From the NCBI GenBank assembly GCA_963765495.1, contig CAVXWP010000002.1, forward strand, positions 448,001-512,000: 64,000 nucleotides of DNA. The letters are read 5' to 3'. Both the position numbers and the translations under genes were made by a program. Position 1 is the stretch's first letter, and every line of letters starts with the position of its first letter. Shown here in pieces: positions 50,989 to 58,968 of the stretch. The notes beneath the pieces were generated by a model, which was not told the DNA's origin, did not search any database, and saw nothing but the letters and a program-made list of their open reading frames with translations. Source of the stretch: Blastocatellia bacterium (GTDB lineage Bacteria > Acidobacteriota > Blastocatellia > UBA7656).

Positions 50989-52635
50989 ATGGAAAATTCC
51001 AAATTACGTTTTAATCGCACGAGTCCATCACTTCATCTGATAGCGATTGCCGTCATATTTGTCCTTGCCTTTTTAGGCTATGTTGCTGTCATCTGGTCAG
51101 GAGGGCTTCGCGGCTACGATCCGAGCAAGGTAGTCGCTGCCCGCGATCTGGCTCTATTTGTTCCGTTAATCGCCATCTTCTTCTGGCTGACGCGCAAGCA
51201 GAAATATCGCGGCGAGATGCTGCTGTTGACCGTGGCGATATTTCTCTTTGCCTTTGGTTTGTTGATGCAGTATCGGCTCTTTTCCGATCCCGAATACGGC
51301 GCTCGGGGCGGGGAGCGGTCAAAGGCGCGAAGCGCCAAGGCCCAGACCATACGGCTGCTGAATATCGAGACGGCCTACGACGACGAGAAAAAGACCTTTC
51401 TCTTTGGCAAGCCCGATGCCGTTCCCGAACGCCCGGCTGCCGAAACCAAGGAGGTATACGAATATACCACGGGCGACATTCTGACCTCGGTAAACACATA
51501 CATACCGATAGCCGCGTTTCTGGCTCTGGCAGTGGGTTTCGCGGTTTTCAAGAGCGACAATATGCTCCTGTGGCTGCAACGCCACGCCCTGCTCATAGGG
51601 CTGGTCACGCTGCTGCCGTTTGCAATCGTGGTGCTGCTCTTTAGTCAGGAAGGAAAATTTCTCGGTCAGACAACACCCTGGGAGGCTGTAAAGATACTCT
51701 TCCTTGTGAGCTTCGCCGGGATGCTCGCAGACACATATCATCATTTGCGCCGAACGCGCTGGGGATTGCCTCCGGCTCGTTATTTCTTTCCCTTTCTGTT
51801 GATAGCGGCCATGCCCGTGGTTCCCTTCTTCGCGCTGTCGGACTTCGGCCAGATGTTAGTCTTCTTCGGCGTTTACGTTATGCTCTACATCGTAGCCGTT
51901 CGCAAAAAGGCGCAGATGGCCTATGCGCTGCTGCTTGTGGCCGTAGTTTTTGGCGGATTCTTTTTGGCTTCGAGCGCGAAATCAGGCTTTGGCATCCCGG
52001 GCCGCGTCTATTTCAGGTTTTATCAGTGGGCCCACACCTGGGAGCCGCCACCGCCCGATACCTGGTGGTGGAAACGAGATTACGAGCGATATTTGAAAGC
52101 AACCAACCTGAATCCTGACCCCAATAACGAGCGGGAAGTCGCCCAGCGCAACCGCGAGGCGTGGTCCGACAAGGTGCTGCAACAGTCTCAAGGATTGTTT
52201 GGCATCAACGGGGGCGGCGTGACGGGTGAAGGGCTGGGGCTGGGCTACCCGGAGACGGTCCCAATATCGGATTCGGATTTCATCTATGCCGCTGTTGGGG
52301 AGGAAACTGGGCTTATGGGCGGGCTCGCTTTGCTGCTAGCTATAGTTGTATTCGTTTTCGCAGGCACTGCCATCAGTATTGGGGCTACAGATATGTTCAC
52401 AAAGCTGCTGGCCGCCGGATTTACTGCATTCGTGGGCTTTCAGGCTATAGTCAATATCGGAGGCGTGCTCCGCTTACTTCCTATGACCGGAATCACACTG
52501 CCTTTTGTGAGCCACGGCGGCTGGTCGCTCATCACCTCTTTTGCAATGCTCGGGATACTTCTGGCCTTCTCTCATCGTAACGCCGTCGCGCGTCCGATCG
52601 TAGAGAAAACGCCTGAATTTATTCCCGTCAGGTGA
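50989..52635 (+). CDS. SEDS family protein (RodA/FtsW/SpoVE)
   Basis: EAVK, DFG, GEGLGLG, SDFIYAAVGEETG, PMTGITLPFVSHGGWS. Confidence 0.93.
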   Translation: MENSKLRFNRTSPSLHLIAIAVIFVLAFLGYVAVIWSGGLRGYDPSKVVAARDLALFVPLIAIFFWLTRKQKYRGEMLLLTVAIFLFAFGLLMQYRLFSDPEYGARGGERSKARSAKAQTIRLLNIETAYDDEKKTFLFGKPDAVPERPAAETKEVYEYTTGDILTSVNTYIPIAAFLALAVGFAVFKSDNMLLWLQRHALLIGLVTLLPFAIVVLLFSQEGKFLGQTTPWEAVKILFLVSFAGMLADTYHHLRRTRWGLPPARYFFPFLLIAAMPVVPFFALSDFGQMLVFFGVYVMLYIVAVRKKAQMAYALLLVAVVFGGFFLASSAKSGFGIPGRVYFRFYQWAHTWEPPPPDTWWWKRDYERYLKATNLNPDPNNEREVAQRNREAWSDKVLQQSQGLFGINGGGVTGEGLGLGYPETVPISDSDFIYAAVGEETGLMGGLALLLAIVVFVFAGTAISIGATDMFTKLLAAGFTAFVGFQAIVNIGGVLRLLPMTGITLPFVSHGGWSLITSFAMLGILLAFSHRNAVARPIVEKTPEFIPVR

Positions 52636-52777
52636 AATTTGGGGCCGGTTTTCATATTTTGCGGCATTTGTGTCCCAATTCGAGCGATTGTAAAATAGCT
52701 CTTAACGGTAGGGGCAATCAAAGAAAGTAGCAGTATATGCAACAGATAGCGCGTGAAATAACCTTGATTCAGAAGAC

Positions 52778-52793
52778 TGGCACGAGTGTTGCT
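52778..52793 (+). promoter_or_regulatory. sigma54 (-24/-12) promoter
   Basis: TGGCACGAGTGTTGCT, an exact match to TGGCACG-N4-TTGCW. Confidence 0.8.
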
Positions 52794-52802
52794 CCTTTAT
52801 AA

Positions 52803-52892
52803 GATACATTTTAAGGGCATCACCCACCCAACGATGCTCGCAAGATACAACCTGAGGGGCCAAGAGGCATCGGATGATTCCGATGCCTTTTT
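52803..52892 (+). ncRNA. Candidate sigma54-dependent small RNA
   Basis: Lies between the sigma54 promoter and an intrinsic terminator; hairpin GGGCATC-ACCCACCCAAC-GATGCTC. Confidence 0.6.
52865..52892 (+). terminator. Rho-independent terminator
   Basis: AGGCATCGGA-TGAT-TCCGATGCCT-TTTT. Confidence 0.85.
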
Positions 52893-52991
52893 ACTTTGCC
52901 CGGAAATAAAAGACGCAACTCAGATGATAAGGTTTGGCATCCGAATTCGCAGAGCCATTAATACTTCCAAAATGCAGGTTAGAATGCTTGA

Positions 52992-53094
52992 AATAGACCA
53001 CGGATGAACGCGGATGCGACGGATTTTCGCGGATCTGATCAAATATGGTCAAACACGTGCCGGTCCGTCGCATCCGCGTCCGTCCTGGCCTATT
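52992..53094. repeat. AATAG...CTATT family palindrome with CGGAT 9-mer-like units
   Basis: Same termini and units as 20389-20490. Confidence 0.85.
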
Positions 53095-53180
53095 TCTACG
53101 TGCTCTTCATTCATGATCATTTGTACAAATCTCTTGCTGTCAAGAACACCGGCCCCGACCCCCGACACCTGGCCCCCGGT

Positions 53181-54110
53181 TTAATATTTGGCCCGGTAGC
53201 GGCCTGGATGAGAGCCTTTAGTGCGAAGTTTAATATCATCGGTATGTGGCATCAGAAGAAGTCTTCTAGCGTTTATCGGGCTTATACCGGAGGGCGCGTA
53301 TACCAGACGATACCAGTTCTTTCTCAAGTCTTCGCTAATCTGCTTGGCGGCATCAGCGATGTTCTCGAAATCTAAAATCGCGCCGCCTGTGCCTGTGGTG
53401 AGTTGTTCGAGCGCCGCCGGGGGCTTGGGCTTGTCTCGAAGAAGCGCCCCGCGCGTACGGTCCTTTACCTGAATGGCATAAAGGATAATATTTTCATCCT
53501 GTAGCGCATAAAGAGCATCATCGAATTTAGTCTTGCTCTGGCTGTCGTAGCCGTCGCTTATCAGGATGATGACACGTTTTTCTATTCCGGTCTTAGCCTG
53601 ATGCGCAAGCGCATCGGATACGGCTATTATCGCGTCGAACAGGTTTGGGACACCTTTGCGAATGATCTTTGACGATGCCGCTTGCAGCTTTGAAAGATCG
53701 GGGGTCATGTCTTCGATGATCTCGGCCGATTCGTTGTAGCCGACAAGCATCATCTCGTCATCTTCGTAAAGTTCGTTTACAACGGCAAGCACTGCCTGCT
53801 GGAGAGCGCCGGCATCGGCCTTGAGGCTCAGACTGCTATCTATCATCAGGATGATGCGAGAGCCTTTGTCGAGACGGGTGAATGATTCGATCTCTTGAGG
53901 AGTCCCGGCATCATACAGATCAAACTCGTCTCTTGAGACCTGTCTGCCTTCGGGCGCGTGAACTATAACGTTCAACGTTTCCGTGCGGCTGTAAGGAGCG
54001 CTTCCCTTTCCCGATTGCGCCTGAGTTGCGCTGGCAAGGCTAAGCGACACGATCAACAATGATATGAGTCTGAGTGATGAGAGCGGCATCGAAGACTTTA
54101 CCGATGGCAT
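53181..54110 (-). CDS. Exported VWA domain protein (VWFA-related acidobacterial type)
   Basis: Signal peptide, MIDAS DSSLS, NLFDAI, ILISDGYD, TGG. Confidence 0.88.
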   Translation of the reverse strand: MPSVKSSMPLSSLRLISLLIVSLSLASATQAQSGKGSAPYSRTETLNVIVHAPEGRQVSRDEFDLYDAGTPQEIESFTRLDKGSRIILMIDSSLSLKADAGALQQAVLAVVNELYEDDEMMLVGYNESAEIIEDMTPDLSKLQAASSKIIRKGVPNLFDAIIAVSDALAHQAKTGIEKRVIILISDGYDSQSKTKFDDALYALQDENIILYAIQVKDRTRGALLRDKPKPPAALEQLTTGTGGAILDFENIADAAKQISEDLRKNWYRLVYAPSGISPINARRLLLMPHTDDIKLRTKGSHPGRYRAKY

Positions 54111-54301
54111 TTGAACTACTCCTGGGCAAATGTTGTTAAAAGGCTGGCGATACTGCTTTCGCAAACCGCCGCGTAGCGATTTCAGTAAACGATTTTCCGG
54201 CAATCAAATTATTCCAGAACGATGCGGAGGCGCGCAACTCCGACCGTCAACAGGGTGGTTTATGGTATCGGGAAAAGACCCGGCAAGCTCTCAGTAATTT
54301 C

Positions 54302-54330
54302 TTGACAGCGTTTGAGTTGGCCCATATAAT
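54302..54330 (+). promoter_or_regulatory. Consensus sigma70 promoter of the HU gene
   Basis: TTGACA-17nt-TATAAT. Confidence 0.9.
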
Positions 54331-54390
54331 GGCAGCCTTTCGTACACGAGGCTCTCAAGGAATTCAATAGAAGAAAAAACGGAGGCTAGC

Positions 54391-54654
54391 GTGATCAAGC
54401 TGGATATAGTCAATCAGGTGGCCGATAAGACAGGCGTTCCAAAGATCAAGGCCGAAGTGGCTGTCGAGGCTTTGTTTGAAGCTATGAAGAACGCTTTACA
54501 ACGAGGTGATCGCATTGAGTTGCGCGGCTTCGGTGTCTTCGTAGTCAAGCCCCGCAAGCGTGGCGTCGGTCGCAATCCTCGCACGGGTGAAGTTACCGAT
54601 ATTCCACCGGGCAAAACGATCAGATTCAAACCCGGCAAAGAGCTTCAATCCTGA
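54391..54654 (+). CDS. HU/IHF family DNA-binding protein
   Basis: IELRGFGVF, GRNPRTG, FKPGKEL. Confidence 0.96.
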   Translation: MIKLDIVNQVADKTGVPKIKAEVAVEALFEAMKNALQRGDRIELRGFGVFVVKPRKRGVGRNPRTGEVTDIPPGKTIRFKPGKELQS

Positions 54655-54805
54655 TCCGGCGGCAAGCGACAGGCGTTTGTGAGCCTTAAGGCCAGAGCAT
54701 GCCCGGCAAGGGGTTGTAAATTCCTACTGATGATCGGTATCCAAAATTAGGGTGTCCGCCTCTGGCGGTTGACAGCCGAGTATTCAGCAGGAGTATTCTT
54801 ATTTT

Positions 54806-55813
54806 GTGGAAAGTACAAACCAGCCTTATCTTTTTCCCGAAGGTCAACCGTCACAACCGATGATAGATGAGCGCCTTTTGGTCTTGCCGCGTCCAAAAGA
54901 GCTATCACCTTCTCGCGTGGCGTTGCATATAGTGCTGCTCGTCGTGACAGGCATTACAACTACGCTGACCGGCGCGGCGCTTTCGGTCGAGGGTTTAACC
55001 GAATCTTCGTCGCTTATTCAGGAATTACTTGCTCCATTCATCGCGATCTTCACACAGGCAGCAGCGGGTAACTGGTCCGCGCTTACAAACGGATTTATCT
55101 TTGCCTTCACCCTGCTTACCATCCTCGGAGCGCACGAGATGGGCCATTATTTCGCCTGTCGTCATTATCGAATACGGGCCACGCTCCCTTTTTTCATACC
55201 TGCCCCGCCGATGCTTACTCCGTTTGGCACATTCGGCGCGGTGATAAAAATCAAAGAACCGATTACGACTCGCCGGGCGTTGTTTGATATAGGAATAGCA
55301 GGACCGCTCGCCGGGTTCGCCTTCGCCCTCCCCGCTTCAATCATCGGACTGATGATTGCAAAACCCGCTCAGCCCGTGACCGGGGGGTTACAATTTCATG
55401 ACCCGCTGTTTTTCATACTTATTATGAAGCTGTTTGGCCTGCCCAAGTGGATAGAGTGGAACCCGGTTTACTGGGCATCCTGGGGCGCGCTGCTTGTGAC
55501 TGCGCTAAACCTTTTCCCCGTGGGCCAGCTTGACGGAGGTCACGTCCTTTACGCTGTGACGGGCCGCCGCTTTCACAAATGGTTCTCGCGCATCACGGTG
55601 CTGGCAGTTGCGCTGCTTGCGGTCGCGTCGTTTGTCTTCTACGGCTCGCCTATATGGTTTCTCTGGACGTGCGTGTTGCTTTTTCTGCTCAAGGTCGGTC
55701 ATCCTCCTCTGATGGAAGAAGAGCCGCTCGGCACAGCAAGAATCATTCTGGCCGTGGTGGCTGCCTTAGTCTTTCTGCTCTGTTTCATGCCTTTTCCAAT
55801 CACGATCTCCTGA
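54806..55813 (+). CDS. Site-2 protease (M50) family membrane metalloprotease
   Basis: HEMGH, AGPLAG, NLFPVGQLDGGH. Confidence 0.95.
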   Translation: MESTNQPYLFPEGQPSQPMIDERLLVLPRPKELSPSRVALHIVLLVVTGITTTLTGAALSVEGLTESSSLIQELLAPFIAIFTQAAAGNWSALTNGFIFAFTLLTILGAHEMGHYFACRHYRIRATLPFFIPAPPMLTPFGTFGAVIKIKEPITTRRALFDIGIAGPLAGFAFALPASIIGLMIAKPAQPVTGGLQFHDPLFFILIMKLFGLPKWIEWNPVYWASWGALLVTALNLFPVGQLDGGHVLYAVTGRRFHKWFSRITVLAVALLAVASFVFYGSPIWFLWTCVLLFLLKVGHPPLMEEEPLGTARIILAVVAALVFLLCFMPFPITIS

Positions 55814-55955
55814 TGGATAAGAACGGATGGGACCTGCCTCCGCCGCTTCATCGCGCTATGGCTTGACAACGTGACATGGTATCATAGCCGGGTATTATTG
55901 CCGGGTCGCCGATAGTGCTACAAACCAAACGTAGGTTTATTATTCGAGGAGGAAA

Positions 55956-56819
55956 ATGGCAGAATCAGATCATTTCAAAATGCCGCCGCTCGCTTATCTC
56001 AATGCCGAATTCCTGAACGGCCAGGAAGCGAGAATCATACGAATCCTTTCGGAGTATATAGAGCCTGCCGCGCGTCTTCGTCGCTATCGCGTTCGCGACA
56101 CAATAGTATTTTTCGGATCGGCCCGCTCGGTCACGCCCGAAGTCGCTCAGATGAAATTGCTATCGCTCAAGGAAAAAATAGAAGAGTCGGGCGGGATTAC
56201 TCCCGAACTCGAAGCCGCGCAATTAAAGGCTCAATACGCGGTAAAGCTGGCACGGTACTATCAGCACGCGGTGGAGCTTTCCCGGCGAATGACCGAGTGG
56301 TCAAAGGCCTTGACGGGCGAAAGGCATTTCATAATCTGCTCCGGCGGCGGCGGCGGAATGATGGAGGCCGCAAATCAGGGCGCGTCGCTGGCCGGAGGCA
56401 AAAACATCGGCCTGAACATCAACCTGCCTTTTGAGCAGGAAGTGAATCATTACGTCTCGCGCGAATTGATCTTTAACTTTCATTACTTTTTCATGCGCAA
56501 GTTCTGGTTCGTCTATCTGGCCAAGGCGCTTGTGGTCTTTCCGGGCGGCTTCGGAACTATGGACGAGATGTTCGAAGTGTTGACGCTGATTCAAACAAAG
56601 ATGCCCCGCAAGAACATGCCCGTAGTCCTTTTCGGCACAGAGTTCTGGAATGAGATAATAAACTTTGAAGCGCTCGCAAAATGGGGGGTGATCAGCCCCA
56701 AGGACACGGATATATTTTTCATGACCGATTCGGTTGATGATGCCTTCGAGTACCTGACCACAAAGCTCGAAAAACTCTACCTGATGCCAGAGGGCCTCGA
56801 ACAGGTAAAACTTACGTGA
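55956..56819 (+). CDS. LOG family protein (TIGR00730-like)
   Basis: FFGSAR, GMMEAAN, FHYFFMRKFWF, PGGFGTMDE. Confidence 0.93.
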   Translation: MAESDHFKMPPLAYLNAEFLNGQEARIIRILSEYIEPAARLRRYRVRDTIVFFGSARSVTPEVAQMKLLSLKEKIEESGGITPELEAAQLKAQYAVKLARYYQHAVELSRRMTEWSKALTGERHFIICSGGGGGMMEAANQGASLAGGKNIGLNINLPFEQEVNHYVSRELIFNFHYFFMRKFWFVYLAKALVVFPGGFGTMDEMFEVLTLIQTKMPRKNMPVVLFGTEFWNEIINFEALAKWGVISPKDTDIFFMTDSVDDAFEYLTTKLEKLYLMPEGLEQVKLT

Positions 56820-56926
56820 TGCGTGATGCGTGACGCAAGCAGGCTTGCAAGTGGCTCTGAACCTGCGGCCGGTCTGAAAGTCACGCAACAGGATTCACGA
56901 TTCACGGTTCACGATTCACGATTCAC
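56815..56926. repeat. Inverted (TGCGTGA)n ... (TTCACGA)n array
   Basis: Lies between convergent stops; the first unit supplies the LOG stop. Confidence 0.9.
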
Positions 56927-56929
56927 AAC

Positions 56930-57643
56930 TCATTTCACAGGCAGATCATTGATAGCGTCTATTATGCGCTCGATCAGATTCAGGTATTGGCCAAATATTT
57001 CATTGGCATCGGATTCGAGCCACACCTCATCGCTCGTATCGTAATCAAAAATGCGCTCAAGGACAGACTTATCAAGCTTCAGCAATTCGGCTAGTTTTAG
57101 GGCACAGGCTCGCGCATCGAATGGAGCGCGGCTGCCGAGCATTTCGAGCGCGTGGCGAAACAGTATCGCGAAGGTATCGAGTGAATCGGTCATCAATTGG
57201 GCAAGCCGCGCGGGGTTTGCCGATGCGGGAATGTAAAGCGTGCGCAGCCGCAGGAGTTTGCCGCGAAGCTCATATTCGAGCTGGTGACGCAGGTTTTGCG
57301 TGTCAATCTCAAGGGCATCGAAAGGACTCTCGCCGTAAAGGACGCGATGAGCACGGCTCATATCGATGAATTCCATCGGGAAAACGTCGGATGAATCTGT
57401 CACTTCGCGGCTGGTGAAGTAGATTGGAGGCGGGTTGCCCTGTCTGCGCCAGTCTTCCGCCAGTTCATGCGCCTCTTTCAAATCGCGGGGCGTTATTCGA
57501 CCGAGCACGACCAGGATATTTTTTGGCTCGTCATCATCCACCTGTTCGCCCGCAATAGCAGAGCCATAAAGTACGACAGACCTCAGATTCTCTTTATGCT
57601 TGCCAGTCAATCGCTCCACGAGATGAGTCAATGCTTCTGCCAA
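56930..57643 (-). CDS. Nucleotidyltransferase-fold protein of unknown function
   Basis: SVVLYGSA, DVFPMEF, LYGESP, LEYELRGKLLRLR; TTG start at 57643 after a GGAGG SD. Confidence 0.8.
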   Translation of the reverse strand: MAEALTHLVERLTGKHKENLRSVVLYGSAIAGEQVDDDEPKNILVVLGRITPRDLKEAHELAEDWRRQGNPPPIYFTSREVTDSSDVFPMEFIDMSRAHRVLYGESPFDALEIDTQNLRHQLEYELRGKLLRLRTLYIPASANPARLAQLMTDSLDTFAILFRHALEMLGSRAPFDARACALKLAELLKLDKSVLERIFDYDTSDEVWLESDANEIFGQYLNLIERIIDAINDLPVK

Positions 57644-57692
57644 TATTATTAAACCTCCATTAGCGGTACACGAGATTTTGTGAATGATCGCC

Positions 57693-58571
57693 CTACCAGC
57701 TATCGCTTGCGCCGCCGCCGCCGAAATCTCCGCCGCCGCCAAATCCGCCGAAGCCACCTGATCCGCCATCCATTCCGCCCCAGTCCGAGCCTCCACGGTG
57801 GCCGCCCATTCCGCCAAAACCGCCTCGCCCGCCGCCAAGGATCATCCCCAGCAACATCCAATTAAGCCCGCTGCCGCGTCTGCCGTACCGTCTGCCGCCG
57901 GGGCCGCCTCGCCCGCCGCCTATCGCGTTGATAATCATGAAGAGGATGAATATGCCAAGCATAATTAGTGACGGTGAGATTCTTATTCCCCGGCTGCGCC
58001 TCTCGCTTCCGCGATAGGCTTGCCTTTTGTCTATGCCATCCATCGAGATGCCCTGTTTATCGGCTATCGTCGCCACGATAGTCTGCACCCCGGTGGTCAA
58101 TGCCTGATTAAACCGGCCCGCCTGAAAATCGTCTCTCATGCGACGGATCAATTCAAACGCAAGACCATCGGGTATATCTCCTTCGAGGTGGCGGCTGATT
58201 TCCATGCGCGTATCGCCGTGATAGAGACCATCACTGCCGGGCTCTTTGATCACAACCAGAAGCAATGCGGCGGGAGTCTTTGCCCCGCGCCCGACTCCCC
58301 ATTGACGACCGAGTTGCAGCCCGTACTGTTCTATGGTGTAGCCATGTAAATCAGCTTCGGGGATGGTAACGACGGATATCTCTATCTGGCTGCGGTCGCG
58401 GAAATTCTCAAGCAGTGTTTCAAGATTCTGTCTGGTCGAGGAATCGAGTTTGTTCGCAAAGTCATTCACCATACCCTGTGGCTGGGGCAACTGAGGTTGA
58501 GCCATAGAGATTGATGAAAATAAGAACAAGACCGTTAATACTCTGAAAGCCGGAGAGAGTCTCTTTATCAT
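57693..58571 (-). CDS. TPM domain membrane protein with a Gly-rich tail
   Basis: VNDFA, QWGVG, LEGDIPD, FGGGGDFGGGGASDSW. Confidence 0.92.
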   Translation of the reverse strand: MIKRLSPAFRVLTVLFLFSSISMAQPQLPQPQGMVNDFANKLDSSTRQNLETLLENFRDRSQIEISVVTIPEADLHGYTIEQYGLQLGRQWGVGRGAKTPAALLLVVIKEPGSDGLYHGDTRMEISRHLEGDIPDGLAFELIRRMRDDFQAGRFNQALTTGVQTIVATIADKQGISMDGIDKRQAYRGSERRSRGIRISPSLIMLGIFILFMIINAIGGGRGGPGGRRYGRRGSGLNWMLLGMILGGGRGGFGGMGGHRGGSDWGGMDGGSGGFGGFGGGGDFGGGGASDSW

Positions 58572-58968
58572 AATTCCATTTCCTTGCCGCAACCACGAAT
58601 AAGATTTTCGGTGAATTGTTTTTAACATCCGGCGGCTTGACGATCCTTCAATACTTATCATGACTAATATTGACCTCACTATTCATGATAACTGACGGGG
58701 CGGGAAAAAGGAAAAAGATCCGCGCTGAGGTTTCAATCAGGTTGAGCGATAACGGTTGTGTTTGTGGAAATCGGTTTATGGATTTGACCTCGGAAGCGTG
58801 TTGCTGTTGAATATTGGCAACCGCAATCTCCAAAGAGGGGTTGACACTTGCCGGGCAATAATTTTTGTGGTGCAGGCGCAGCCATAGTTTTTCGAAGAGA
58901 GCGCCATTCAAGTCTCCTGATGCGGCATACCGGCGCGCCGTTCTTGAGATTGATGAGGAGATCGGCGA

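Noticed and set aside
52786-53375. ORFs 52786..53007 and 53004..53375
   Set aside because: They cross a terminator, repeat elements and the antisense VWA gene, and have no SD or recognisable motif.
57644-57838. Ala-rich N-terminal extension of ORF 56930..57838
   Set aside because: An off-frame reading of the Gly-rich tail of the TPM gene; the SD supports a TTG start at 57643.
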